Below, in pieces: positions 23,630 to 33,924 of a DNA stretch of 64,000 nucleotides. Position numbers and translations under genes: made by a program. Position 1 is the stretch's first letter. Each line of letters begins with the position of its first letter. The stretch is from assembly GCA_963731865.1 (NCBI GenBank), contig CAVSXG010000003.1, forward strand, positions 363,596-427,595. The letters are read 5' to 3'. Under the pieces are notes generated by a model. The model searched no databases, was not told the DNA's origin, and worked only from the letters and a program-made list of their open reading frames with translations. Source of the DNA: an uncultured Chloroflexia bacterium (lineage in GTDB: Bacteria; Chloroflexota; Limnocylindria; Limnocylindrales; CSP1-4).

Positions 23630-24594
23630 GCGGCTCAGGGAGCCGCCCGCCCAGCGTTCCTCCTGCGTCCGGGGCCTGGCTCGAGCTCTCCGTCGAGGCC
23701 GATATCGAGGCGGTCGAAGCCGTCAGCGAGATCCTCGGGCGGACCGCGCAAGGCGGCACGTCCGTGGAGCCTGGGTTCGAGCTGACCGACGAGGGGCTCG
23801 GCGCTCGCATCGATCCGTCAAGACCGGCGATCGTGCGCGCCTATCTCCCGGCGCGAGACGGGGCCGCCCTCGAGCGTGCGGTCGCCGACACGACCGAGGC
23901 TCTCGGTCACCTGCAGGCCTTTGGCCTGCGCCCCATCGGCGAGCTGCAGACGCGGCTCGTTGACGAGGCCGACTGGGCAGAGGCATGGAAGAACTACTTC
24001 CCGGTCATGCGGATCGGCCGCCGCCTCGTGATCCGGCCGACCTGGCGTCGTCATCGCCGGGCCCCTGGCGACGTCGTGCTGGCACTCGATCCGGGGATGG
24101 CGTTTGGGACCGGGCTGCACCCGACGACCCGCCTATGCCTCGCCAAGCTGAAATCGATCGCCGACGACGGCCGGGTGCGCGGCGCGCGGGTCCTCGACGT
24201 CGGCTGCGGCTCAGGCATCCTCGCGATCGCGGCTGTGAAGCTCGGGGCGTCCGATGCCCTTGGCGTCGACACCGACCCGATCGCCGTCGAATCGACCGTG
24301 GCGAACGCCCGCCGGAACCGGCTCGCCCGGCGAGTGCGTGCCCTGGCCGGCAGCCTGCCGAGCGGCGAACCGCCCTTCGATGTCGTCCTCGCCAACCTGA
24401 TCGCCGGTGTCCTCGTGCCCCTGGCTGGTTCTCTGCGAGACGAGCTGCGGCCAGGCGGGACCCTTGTTGCATCGGGCATCTTCATCGACCGCGAAGCCGT
24501 GGTCCGTTCTGCGTTCGAGGCGACCGGGCTCCGAATCGGTGGTCGCGCGGCTGAGGGCGACTGGGTGGCGCTGGTGGCCAGCCGCCCTCGTTGA
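23626..24594 (+). CDS. prmA: Ribosomal protein L11 methyltransferase
   Basis: DWAEAWK, LDPGMAFGTGLHPTT and LDVGCGSGILAI; follows dnaJ. Confidence 0.93.
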   Translation: MSGSGSRPPSVPPASGAWLELSVEADIEAVEAVSEILGRTAQGGTSVEPGFELTDEGLGARIDPSRPAIVRAYLPARDGAALERAVADTTEALGHLQAFGLRPIGELQTRLVDEADWAEAWKNYFPVMRIGRRLVIRPTWRRHRRAPGDVVLALDPGMAFGTGLHPTTRLCLAKLKSIADDGRVRGARVLDVGCGSGILAIAAVKLGASDALGVDTDPIAVESTVANARRNRLARRVRALAGSLPSGEPPFDVVLANLIAGVLVPLAGSLRDELRPGGTLVASGIFIDREAVVRSAFEATGLRIGGRAAEGDWVALVASRPR

Positions 24595-24604
24595 CGCAGG
24601 GTCC

Positions 24605-25714
24605 CTAGGTCGCGGGGCGCCAGCTCGGCGAGTCGCCCTGGAGGAATCGCGTCAAGCCGGTCCCATCGGGCCGGATGAGGTTGATCCAGCCACCGCTCAC
24701 GAAGCTCAGCGTCGAGCCGTCGGCTGTCCATGCGATCCTCCCCCCGGAGTACTCGCTGGTGACGTGCCGACTGTTCGTCCCATCGGTCTCCATGATGAGA
24801 AGTCCAGGTTCCGGGCCGTAACTCTGGTAGGCCAGGCGTGAGCCGTCGCGCGACACGGCGAAGACGTTCTCCTCACCGTCTCGATAGTCCGTCAGCGGAG
24901 TCTCGACACCCGTTGTCAGGTCGACGCGGACGATCTCGAGGCCGCCACCACCGATCTCGTCGCGCACGGCCAGCAACACATCCTCGGCGATCAGCGCCGC
25001 CCCACCTTCGAGGTGGGTATCTGGTTCCTCGTACAACAGCTGCTCGTTCGAGCCGTCGAGGTCCACCCGATAGATCGCGAAATTCTCAGATCCTGTTGGT
25101 CGACCGAACACAAGCGTACTGCCGTCCGGCGAGAACGATGGGGCTATCTCGGCCTCCGAAGTCGACGTGACAGGCGTCGCGCCCGAGCCGTCTGCCGCCA
25201 TCACGTAGACGTCTCCGTCTCGTAGGAACGCGATCGATCGGCCGTCGGGGGACCACGATGGGTACATGTCCTGTGCGGGATCCGTCGTCAAGCGGATGAC
25301 GCCGGTGCCGTCCCCCTGGGCGAGGTAGATATCCCGGTTGCCGTCGACCGACGCGTGGTACGCGACCTGTCCGGTCGCCGTCGCGGGGTCCGGGTCTGCC
25401 GTGGCCCCGCTCGCGGACGGTGACGGTCCAGGAGGCGACGGTGCCGTCGACACGGGTGGGCTCCCAACACCTGATGATTGACCGAGAAGGCCGCCGCCGA
25501 CTATGACGAGGACCACGACGACAACCGCCGCCGAGGTGAGTACCGCAATGCTTCGCATCATCGAGAAGATCCTCCAGTCGAGGCGCGACCCGCGGCGGTG
25601 GATCCGACGTGTCTGCTCGAAGGTGACCTCGAGCAGACGATCGGGAGCCTGCGGTGGCGCGTCCGATACGAGCCACGCCGTGATCCGGTCTTCCGGAGTC
25701 GCATTGGTATTCAT
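24605..25714 (-). CDS. Putative anti-sigma membrane protein with an extracytoplasmic TolB/PD40 beta-propeller
   Basis: Short cytoplasmic N-terminus, one TM, Pro/Ser linker, then PSWSPDG/PSFSPDG repeats; coupled to the ECF sigma gene. Confidence 0.75.
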   Translation of the reverse strand: MNTNATPEDRITAWLVSDAPPQAPDRLLEVTFEQTRRIHRRGSRLDWRIFSMMRSIAVLTSAAVVVVVLVIVGGGLLGQSSGVGSPPVSTAPSPPGPSPSASGATADPDPATATGQVAYHASVDGNRDIYLAQGDGTGVIRLTTDPAQDMYPSWSPDGRSIAFLRDGDVYVMAADGSGATPVTSTSEAEIAPSFSPDGSTLVFGRPTGSENFAIYRVDLDGSNEQLLYEEPDTHLEGGAALIAEDVLLAVRDEIGGGGLEIVRVDLTTGVETPLTDYRDGEENVFAVSRDGSRLAYQSYGPEPGLLIMETDGTNSRHVTSEYSGGRIAWTADGSTLSFVSGGWINLIRPDGTGLTRFLQGDSPSWRPAT

Positions 25715-26265
25715 GCTGTCCGTCCATTGGTGACGGCGACGGTCGATCGAGCGTCCGCCTCGAGCGCGGCGCGCAAGATCCCCGTCGCGTAATAGACCCG
25801 GGACTTTGCTGTGCCTTCCGGGATGCCGACCAGCTCGGCGATCTCATGGAAGGGAAGCCCCAGGTAGTAGTGGAGGACCACGACGACCCGGTGCTCCGGC
25901 TTCAGTCGACGGAAGCCGCGCTCGAGTTGTTCGCGGTCGGCGAGGGTGGAAGTGCCGTCGGCCTCTGCCGGTTCGGCATGGACAACGCGGATGTGGGCTT
26001 CGTATCGACGACGATGGCGCCGCACATCAGCGCACGCGTTGATGAGCAGACGATGTAGCCACGCGTCGAAACGGTCTGGATCCCGGATCTTGTGCAGATT
26101 TCGCCACGCGTCCGTCAGGGCGGACTGGACCGCGTCCTCGGCATCGTGCGTATCGCGCAGGATGAGACGAGCGATGGCGTAGAGCCGATCCACGACGGCG
26201 GCCGCCAGGACCTCGAACGCTTCGTGGTCCCCGTCCCGCGCCGCCTCGACGAGCTCTCGCTGCAC
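25711..26265 (-). CDS. ECF RNA polymerase sigma factor
   Basis: DAEDAVQ, FDAWLHRLLIN and EIAELVGIPEGTAKSR; GTG start after GAGG. Confidence 0.9.
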   Translation of the reverse strand: MQRELVEAARDGDHEAFEVLAAAVVDRLYAIARLILRDTHDAEDAVQSALTDAWRNLHKIRDPDRFDAWLHRLLINACADVRRHRRRYEAHIRVVHAEPAEADGTSTLADREQLERGFRRLKPEHRVVVVLHYYLGLPFHEIAELVGIPEGTAKSRVYYATGILRAALEADARSTVAVTNGRTA

Positions 26266-26434
26266 CGACACGCCTCGTGTTCCTGGCCGGTCGAGGTGAC
26301 CGCCTTCAATGCCTACGACTCGCCCAGCGCCAGGTCGGTTCGATCTACGCGGGCGTCGGGCCGCTGCCGTGGTCCCCATGGACTGTCACCGGCCCCGAAT
26401 GCCGGCCTCAGTCGCCCACCCTACAATCGGATCG

Positions 26435-26893
26435 ATGCCGTCCTTCTTCCCGATCCTGCTCGGCACCCACATCGTGCTCGCGGTCGGGCTGTTCCTGCCA
26501 TCGATCCTGTTGCCATTCGCGCTGCGGGCGCGCCGCGCCACGGTCGAGTCGACGAGCGGCGTCGTCCAGGCGCTCCTGTGGGCCCAGACCCACGGCACGA
26601 TCGTCGTCGGGGCAGGGCTCGCGCTGACCGGCATCGGGCTGATCGCGGTCCTCGGTCCCGAGATGGTCCGCCAGCCATGGCTCCTCGTGGCGTTGTCCAT
26701 CTACTTCGTGAACCTTGCGATCGCCTTCTTCATCCAGCGTCCGAGTCTTCGACGCCTTGTCGGGATCCGGGCGTCCGCGGACGATCGAGCCTGGACGGAA
26801 CGCGCCCGGCGCCAGCGCTACCTCTCGTACCTGATGGCGGGCCTGGTCGGCACGATCGGGTTCCTGATGAGCTCGAAGCCGGTGCTGTGGTGA
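26435..26893 (+). CDS. Four-TM membrane protein (DUF2269-like)
   Basis: HI..AV start, TM pattern and C-terminal LM..KP; ATG 7 nt after TACAAT. Confidence 0.7.
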   Translation: MPSFFPILLGTHIVLAVGLFLPSILLPFALRARRATVESTSGVVQALLWAQTHGTIVVGAGLALTGIGLIAVLGPEMVRQPWLLVALSIYFVNLAIAFFIQRPSLRRLVGIRASADDRAWTERARRQRYLSYLMAGLVGTIGFLMSSKPVLW

Positions 26894-27240
26894 ACGAGTC
26901 GGACTGCCTGTTCTGCCGCATCGTCGCGGGCGAGATCCCGTCCACGCGGCTCCATGACGACGACCTGGTGATCGCGATCCGCGACATTGCCCCGCGCGCG
27001 CCGACCCATATCCTCATCCTGCCGCGGCGGCACATCGGGTCCGCGGCCGACCTCGGTGAGGCCGATGGGCCACTGCTCGGACGGATCTTCGGGGTGGCCG
27101 CCGATCTCGCCCGGTCCGAGGGGATCGCGGACGCCGGCTACCGGCTGGTGTCGAACGTTGGACGATGGGGCGGCCAGAGCGTGGACCATCTCCACATCCA
27201 CCTGATGGGCGGACGCTCGTTCACGTGGCCTCCTGGGTGA
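26890..27240 (+). CDS. HIT-family (Hint) nucleotide hydrolase
   Basis: DCLFCRIV, P.APTHILILP, QSVDHLHIHLMGG and WPPG. Confidence 0.92.
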   Translation: MNESDCLFCRIVAGEIPSTRLHDDDLVIAIRDIAPRAPTHILILPRRHIGSAADLGEADGPLLGRIFGVAADLARSEGIADAGYRLVSNVGRWGGQSVDHLHIHLMGGRSFTWPPG

Positions 27241-27764
27241 AGCGGGTCGCGGCGGTCGTGTTCGGCGCCATCCTGCTCGCGGCGTGTGCCCCGGGCAACC
27301 AGCCGGTCGGCAGCGTGCCGGTCGCGACGGTCCGGCCGGCGATGACCGTGTCTCCCACCGTCAACCAGACGCGCGCGGAGCTGGTCCGCGTCCTCTCGAC
27401 GGCGAACCTCATTCTCGCGGACTCGCAGGCGCCGATCCGCCCGGCCGAATTGCCGCTCCTGGTCTCGGCCCCTCGGGCGGTGTTCCAGGTGACGTTGCCG
27501 GCCGACCCGACGCGCGGCTTCATCGTCGTCTATGAGTTCACCGACGCGGCCAGGGCATCGGAGGCCGCAGCGGAGCAGCAGCAATATCTCGCGAGCGGCC
27601 CGGGCCGGATCCAGACACCGGAGGGCACCGTGTACGTCCTGCGCCAGGTCGGACCGACCGTCGTCCTGTACGAATGGTTGCCGGGTGCGGCGAAGGATCC
27701 AGCGGCCCCTGACATCCAGCGCACGCTCGAGACGCTCGGCGTCGGATACCCGATCGCGAGCTGA
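27237..27764 (+). CDS. Hypothetical lipoprotein
   Basis: Signal peptide with lipobox LLAAC; GTGA overlap with the HIT gene. Confidence 0.7.
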   Translation: MKRVAAVVFGAILLAACAPGNQPVGSVPVATVRPAMTVSPTVNQTRAELVRVLSTANLILADSQAPIRPAELPLLVSAPRAVFQVTLPADPTRGFIVVYEFTDAARASEAAAEQQQYLASGPGRIQTPEGTVYVLRQVGPTVVLYEWLPGAAKDPAAPDIQRTLETLGVGYPIAS

Positions 27765-27765
27765 G

Positions 27766-29445
27766 TCAGTCCGCCGGCGCGGTGTCGGCGATCGCCCAGG
27801 CGCGCACCGGGGCACGCTTGATCTTGAGCGTATGGGTTCGAGGGAAGTCCTCGTCGGGCCAGAGCCGCCAGCCGTGGATCCGCTGGTTCGGGCCAAGGGC
27901 GGCGTTCGCGGCCTTGACCGTGGCGTCGATCCGCGCCCGCATGACGGTGACGTCCGACGCGTCGCCCGTGCCGGAGCCCGCGGACGTGGCTGCGCCTGTT
28001 GGTGCGGGCGCGGCGCCGGCCGTTGCCGCGGCGGCGCTGGCCAGGACGATCGCCTCGATCCGACCGGGTCGTGTTTCGACCACGACCGAATCCCGCAGAC
28101 CCGCCACGCGCAAGGCGTTCTCGATGTCCTCGGGATACACGTTGAAGCCATTGGGCAGCACGATGATGTCCTTCGACCGTCCCGACAGGATCAGCCGTCC
28201 CTTTGCGTCGAGATGCCCGATGTCGCCGGTCTTGTACCAGCCGTCGGTCGTGAAGGCGGCGGCCGTCGCGGCCGGGTCGTTCCAGTAGCCCTTGAACAGG
28301 GTGGGGCCGCGGAACTGGACCTCCCCGTCGTCGGCGATGCGCATCTCGATGCCGGGCGGTGGCCGCCCGACGGTCCCGAGCCCATGATCGTCGAGCGTGG
28401 TGCACGAGCCGGTGCCGGTCTCGGTGGCGCCATAGCCCTGCAGGACCGTGACCCCAAGGTCCTCCCAGCCCTGCTGGAGGGCAGGCGGCAGGAACGCCCC
28501 GGCGGAGAGGAAGAGCCGGAACTGGCCGCCGAGCTGTGCGTGGACGCGCCGGAACAGGAGTCGTCGGAGCCCGACCGGGAGGCGCCGGGCGATCGCCCGC
28601 AGGCGGTTGAACGCGGCCGTCCGACCGCTCTTGCCGACTTCGCGCTCGATCGCGCTCCAGAACAGGTCGAGGACCTGGGGGACGACCACCATCGAGGTCA
28701 CGCGCTGGTCCCGCAATGCATCGAAGATCACGCGCGGGTTGCGGCTCCGGACATACAGGATGTCGGCGCCGACCGACAGGGCGTAGCACAGCCCGACGGA
28801 CTGCTCGAGCAGGTGCGAGAGCGGCAGGAGCGACACCAGCCGGTGCTCCATCTTGGGGACGATCTGGTGGAAGGTCTCGATCGAAGCGAAGACGTTGTCG
28901 TGGCCCAGCATCACGCCCTTGGGCGTACCGGTCGTGCCCGACGTGTACACGAGCTCGTAGATCTCCTCCGCGGCGGGAGCGGGCCACGCGGCCACTCGCG
29001 ACTCCCAGTCGTCCGGGAACGTGTCGTCGGGCTCGGCCGAGAGCGCCTCGACGGACGTCGTCGGGAACTGCGCGAGACCGGCCTCGCGGGGATCCGGGGC
29101 ATCGCGCCCGGTGCCCAGGACAAGGTGCCGGGCCTCCGACGAGCGAACGATGCCCTCGACGGCGTCGGACGACATCCGCAGGTCGAGCGGGACGATGATC
29201 AGCCGTGCCCGCATCGCGCCGAAGTAGGCGGCCGGGAGCTCCGGGGTGGACGGCGACCAGGTGAGGAGGCGATCGCCCGGTTCCAGCCCGAGCGCTCGCA
29301 GTCGCCATGCCGCAATCCGCGAACGCCGGTCGAGCTCGAGGTAGGACCACGCTGTTGTCGAACCGTCGTCATGTCGGAGGCTCAGGGCCGTTCGTTCGCC
29401 ATATCGAGCGACCGCGTCCGCGAGGAGGTCGAGCAGGGTGGGCAT
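27766..29445 (-). CDS. Long-chain acyl-CoA synthetase-like AMP-binding enzyme
   Basis: YTSGTTGTPKG, QGYGATE, WYKTGD, GRSKD and T.KIKR. Confidence 0.88.
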   Translation of the reverse strand: MPTLLDLLADAVARYGERTALSLRHDDGSTTAWSYLELDRRSRIAAWRLRALGLEPGDRLLTWSPSTPELPAAYFGAMRARLIIVPLDLRMSSDAVEGIVRSSEARHLVLGTGRDAPDPREAGLAQFPTTSVEALSAEPDDTFPDDWESRVAAWPAPAAEEIYELVYTSGTTGTPKGVMLGHDNVFASIETFHQIVPKMEHRLVSLLPLSHLLEQSVGLCYALSVGADILYVRSRNPRVIFDALRDQRVTSMVVVPQVLDLFWSAIEREVGKSGRTAAFNRLRAIARRLPVGLRRLLFRRVHAQLGGQFRLFLSAGAFLPPALQQGWEDLGVTVLQGYGATETGTGSCTTLDDHGLGTVGRPPPGIEMRIADDGEVQFRGPTLFKGYWNDPAATAAAFTTDGWYKTGDIGHLDAKGRLILSGRSKDIIVLPNGFNVYPEDIENALRVAGLRDSVVVETRPGRIEAIVLASAAAATAGAAPAPTGAATSAGSGTGDASDVTVMRARIDATVKAANAALGPNQRIHGWRLWPDEDFPRTHTLKIKRAPVRAWAIADTAPAD

Positions 29446-29559
29446 CCGGGCCTCGGGTGAGTGGCGTTCGAACCGGTGACGCGCTCCGGCGCCGGCCGTT
29501 ACCGCCGAGTGTTGCACGCCGGTGTCGATTTTGCCCCGAATCGATGGTCTGGCCGGCGT

Positions 29560-29588
29560 TTGACCTCCTCGGGGGCCTCGGCTATGCT
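29560..29588 (+). promoter_or_regulatory. Sigma-70/A promoter for rpsU
   Basis: TTGACC-17 nt-TATGCT. Confidence 0.7.
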
Positions 29589-29690
29589 CCGCCAGCCCTT
29601 GACGGGTTTGCCGTCGAGCGTGCGTCGGAGCCGGTGGCCGCGAGCCCGACGCGACAGTCGTGACCCCAGGCCTGGGGAGGTGAACCGGGA

Positions 29691-29876
29691 TTGGCAGAAG
29701 TCCGAGTGGGTGAGAACGAGACGTTCGAAAGCGCCCTGCGTCGCTTCAACAAGAAGATCCAGCAGAGCGGCATCCTCGCCGAGGCTCGCCGACGCGAGCA
29801 CTACGAGAAGCCCTCTGTGAAGCGAAAGCGCAAGGAAGCAAAGCGCAAGAAGAACGCCCGAACGCAGGTCGGCTGA
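29691..29876 (+). CDS. rpsU: 30S ribosomal protein S21
   Basis: ESALRRF and [14 protein letters not shown]; SD GGAGGTGA. Confidence 0.95.
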   Translation: MAEVRVGENETFESALRRFNKKIQQSGILAEARRREHYEKPSVKRKRKEAKRKKNARTQVG

Positions 29877-29958
29877 GCGGGCTCAGCCCGACCACCATCC
29901 CTGCCCCCCCGCGGGCCTAGCGAGGCAGGCCGCCACGGCGGCAGTCCTCACGCCCGAG

Positions 29959-30450
29959 GTGCCAGATCCGGTGTCCCTTCGAGATCGCCTTCAGACCGAT
30001 ATCGCCGTCGCCATGCGCGGCGGTGACGCCCTGCGCCGCGACACGCTGCGGATGGCCGCCAGCGCGGCATACAACGTCGAAAAGCGCAATGGCCATCCGT
30101 TGACCGAGGACGAGTTCCTTGCCGTCCTCAGCCGCGAGGTGAAGACACGCCGCGAATCGGTCGAGGCCTTCCGCAACGGCGGTCGCGAGGACCTCGCGAC
30201 GAAAGAGGAAACCGAGATCGAGATCCTCTCGGAGTACCTGCCCCAGGCGCTCACCGAAGACGAGATCCGCGACCTGATCCGGGAGGCGATCTCGGCGACC
30301 GGAGCCGCCTCCGCGCGGGACATGGGCAAGGTGATGGGCTGGCTCGCGCCGCGAACCCGTGGTCGGGCCGACGGCAAACGGGTCAGCGAGCTGGTCGTCC
30401 AGACCCTCGCGGCCGCCGATCTCGCCGCGCACGACGGCAAGACCCACTGA
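29959..30450 (+). CDS. GatB/YqeY domain protein
   Basis: K.RRES...F..GGREDL, YLP.AL and DMGKVM..GRADGK; follows rpsU. Confidence 0.9.
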   Translation: MPDPVSLRDRLQTDIAVAMRGGDALRRDTLRMAASAAYNVEKRNGHPLTEDEFLAVLSREVKTRRESVEAFRNGGREDLATKEETEIEILSEYLPQALTEDEIRDLIREAISATGAASARDMGKVMGWLAPRTRGRADGKRVSELVVQTLAAADLAAHDGKTH

Positions 30451-30463
30451 CGCCCGCACGACC

Positions 30464-32594
30464 ATGTTGACCTCCCGCGCACCCGCACTCGTCCGCTTCA
30501 CCCGCGGTGATGCGTCGCGCCTGGCGATCGCCTCGCTCGTCCTGATCGCCGCGCTCACGGCGATCCTTGGGGTCGACATCCTGCCCGACGAACCGCTCCA
30601 GGTGAACGCCGGTGAGCTCGCGCCGCAGGACATCGAGGCGCCGCGGGCGATCGACTTCGTCAGCGTCGTCCAGACGAGCGAAGCGCGCGCCGCTGCCCGG
30701 TCGGCCGTTGAACCGCAGTACGACTTCACGAGCGAGAACGCGATTGCCATCGCCGAGGAGCAACAGCGCGAGTTCGAGGATCGAGTCGGGCGGATCGACA
30801 CCACGTTCGCCGCCGAACTTGCCGCGGAGGAGCGGGCATCACTGCTCGAGACGGCAGTGGACGATCTGTCCGATGGCGCCCGCGAGACCCTCGTTGGCAT
30901 CGACGCCGCGCGTTGGGCGGCTGTTCGGACCGAGGCCGCACGGGTCCTGGATGCCACGCTGCGGACGGAGCTCCGCGACTCCCAGGTCGCCGAGGCGAGG
31001 TCCGACCTGTCCGGGCGAATGGCCGGTGGGCTCGACGAAGCCGAACGAATGCTGGCCGCGGAGTTGATCAGTCCCCTCCTGGTGCCCAATTCGTCGTTCA
31101 GCCCCGAGCTCACGACGCAGGCCCGCGATCGGGCGGCGGAGGCGGTCGAGGACGTTCGCGTCCAGATCCTCCAGGGCGAGGTCATCGTCCGCCAGGGCAC
31201 GCGGATCGACGCCGCGCAGATCGAGCAGATCGATGCGCTCGGACTGAGCGAAGAGGCACCCGACATCGCGAGCTTTGCCGGCTGGCTGCTCCTTGCCGTG
31301 CTCGTGGTCGGTGATGCTCTTGAGCTGGATCTGGCGCTTCCGGCCAAAGCTCTGGCACCGCGACAACGTGCTGATCCTGATCGGGGTGCTGCTCGTCGGC
31401 GTGACCCTTGCGCTCAAGGTCACGGCGGGCCGCCCGACGTTGCCATTCTTCCTCCCGACGGCGGCCATCGCGATGCTGCTTGCCGTGCTCCTCGACGCCT
31501 CGATCGCCACGATCGTCATGGCCTTCATCGCCGTGATCGGGGGCGCCGTGAACGGCGCCTCGCTCGAATTCACGACGTACACCTTCCTGGGCGGGATGGC
31601 CGGCATCGTCGGCGTCCGCAAGGGCGACCGGCTGCAGGTGTTCTTCCAGGCCGCGGTCGCGGTGTTCGTGGTCAGCGGACTGGCGGTGACCGTCTTCTCG
31701 CTCCTTGGTGCCCGCGATCTGCGCGGCATCCTGGAGCTGTGGTTCGCATCGGCGGCATCAGCGGCCGGATCCGGGATCGCGGCCGTCGGTTCGTTCGCGG
31801 TCCTTGGGTCGGTGTTCGGGATCCTGACCGTGTTCCAGCTCCTTGAGCTGGCCAACCCGTCACAACCCCTCCTGCGTCGGTTGCTCGTCGAGACGCCCGG
31901 GACCTATCACCACTCGTTGATGGTCGGCAACCTTGCCGAGCGCGCGGCCGAGGCGATCGGCGCGGACCCGCTGGTGACCCGCGTGGCGGCCTACTACCAC
32001 GACATCGGCAAGCTGGCCAATCCGCTCGCGTTCATCGAGAACCAGGCCGGGGCGGAGAACATCCACGACCAGCTCGAACCCGAGGTCAGCGCTGGCATCC
32101 TCAAGCAACACGTGGTGGACGGCATCGATCTCGCCTACAAGGCGAAGCTGCCAAAGGCGCTCATCGCGTACATCCCGCAGCACCACGGAACCGCGATCAT
32201 GGGCTACTTCTACGCTCGCGCGAAGGAGCTGGCCGGCCCGGGTGCGACCATCGTTGACGCACGGTTCCGCCATTCGGGGCCAAAGCCGCAGACCCGCGAG
32301 GCCGCCCTGATCATGCTCGCAGACGGCGTCGAGGCGTCCGTGCGGTCTCTCGCCGCGCGCGACGAGCCGGCCATCCGCGCGATGGTCACGCGGATCATCG
32401 AGGAGCGGACCGCCGACGGCCAGTTCGACGAGTGCGACCTGACGATGCGCGACATCGAGCGGATCCGCGAGGCCTTCGTCCAGCAGCTCCTGGGCATGTA
32501 CCACACGCGGATCGCCTACCCGCAGAACACGGTCGTCGAGCTCGAGTCGCGACGGATGACCGGTGGACGCGGGGGGAGCGCCTCGGCGTCGTGA
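30464..32594 (+). CDS. 7TM-HD phosphohydrolase, PgpH-like (c-di-AMP phosphodiesterase family), with a +1 frameshift near 31310
   Basis: Extracellular domain, TM bundle, PGTYHHS, YYHDIGK, QHHGT, GPKPQT and LAD..EA; lies before ybeY. Confidence 0.85.
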
Positions 32595-33145
32595 CCCGCG
32601 TGCTCCGGGTGGGGCCCTGGCGGATCGATCTCATCGCGCGCGACGGTGTCGTCGCACCCACGTCCGCGGCGTCCATGGCGCGGGCGATCGCACGGGCTGC
32701 CGAGGCTGCCGGGGCGCCGAGCCCGTCGTCGATCGGGTTGATCCTGACCGACGACGCCGAGCTCGCGACGCTGAACGTCGCGCACCTCGGCAAGACCGGC
32801 CCGACGGACGTGTTGTCATTCCCGCTCCTTCCCCCGGACGCGTTTCCGCCGCATCCGGGAGCGAGCACGTTCGCGCCGGGGTCTGGGACCTCGACCGTTC
32901 CCCGGTTCACCCTGCCCCCGCGTCGTCGGCCGCACCTCGGGGACATCGTCGTCTCCGTCGAACGGGCCGCTGCCCAGGCCGTCGAGGGTCGGGGTGGTCA
33001 GACTGGGGATGTTCGCTGGTCTCCTGCCGACGAGCTCTTGCTGCTCGTCACGCACGGCACGCTCCATCTCTGCGGTTGGGACCACGCGGACCCCGACGAG
33101 GAAGCCGCGATGCGCGCCCTGGAGAATCGCCTGCTCGCGACCTGA
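32591..33145 (+). CDS. ybeY: rRNA maturation endoribonuclease YbeY
   Basis: PTDVLSFP, LGDIVVS and HGTLHLCGWDH. Confidence 0.92.
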   Translation: MTRVLRVGPWRIDLIARDGVVAPTSAASMARAIARAAEAAGAPSPSSIGLILTDDAELATLNVAHLGKTGPTDVLSFPLLPPDAFPPHPGASTFAPGSGTSTVPRFTLPPRRRPHLGDIVVSVERAAAQAVEGRGGQTGDVRWSPADELLLLVTHGTLHLCGWDHADPDEEAAMRALENRLLAT

Positions 33146-33233
33146 TACCGCGCCCCCTGGCGACACCGCTGCTACCATCCCGGCAGGCCCTCCCACGCGG
33201 GATCGGGCCCTGTCTGGCTGCCCGGAGGATTTG

Positions 33234-33920
33234 GTGAAGCTCGTCGTCGGCCTGGGAAACCCCGGGTCGCAGTACGCCCGAACGCGGCACAACGTCGGCT
33301 GGCAGGCGATCGATCGCGTCGCGGATCGTGCCGGCTGGGCGGGCCGTGGCCGCCAGCGGGACGCCTCGAGCGTCGTGCTCGGACGGTACAAGGGCCTCGA
33401 CCTGACGCTCGTCAAACCGCTGACGTTCATGAACGACTCGGGGCTTGCCGTCCGCAAGGTGCTTGCCCGCGAGCACGCTCCGCTCACCGACATCCTCGTG
33501 GTCGCCGACGACTTCGCGCTGCCGTTCGGCAAGCTCCGCTTCCGGGAGGGTGGCGGGCATGGTGGTCACAACGGCCTGCGCTCGATCATCGACGAGCTCG
33601 GAACCGAGAAGTTCAGCCGCCTCCGGATCGGGATCGGCGATCCCGTGACAGGCGGCGCCGATCACGTCCTCTCGACGTTCCGACCCGAGGAAACGGCTCG
33701 TCTCGACGAGCTCCTCGACGCCACCGCCGACGCGATCGAGGCCTGGGGGCGCGAGGGGACGAGCAAGGCCGCCAACCGTTTCAACATGTTCGAGCTCCGC
33801 CCGGCGGACAGTGCCCTCCTCGCCGCTCCCGGTGAGGTCGACGGGCCGGCGGGTGCCGACGGCATCCGGCGAACGCGCACGGGCTGGCGGCGCATCCGGC
33901 TCGGCCGGTCGGAGGACTGA
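33234..33920 (+). CDS. pth: Peptidyl-tRNA hydrolase
   Basis: LVVGLGNPG, TRHNVG, KPLTFMNDSG and GGHNGLRS. Confidence 0.95.
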   Translation: MKLVVGLGNPGSQYARTRHNVGWQAIDRVADRAGWAGRGRQRDASSVVLGRYKGLDLTLVKPLTFMNDSGLAVRKVLAREHAPLTDILVVADDFALPFGKLRFREGGGHGGHNGLRSIIDELGTEKFSRLRIGIGDPVTGGADHVLSTFRPEETARLDELLDATADAIEAWGREGTSKAANRFNMFELRPADSALLAAPGEVDGPAGADGIRRTRTGWRRIRLGRSED

Positions 33921-33924
33921 GCCC

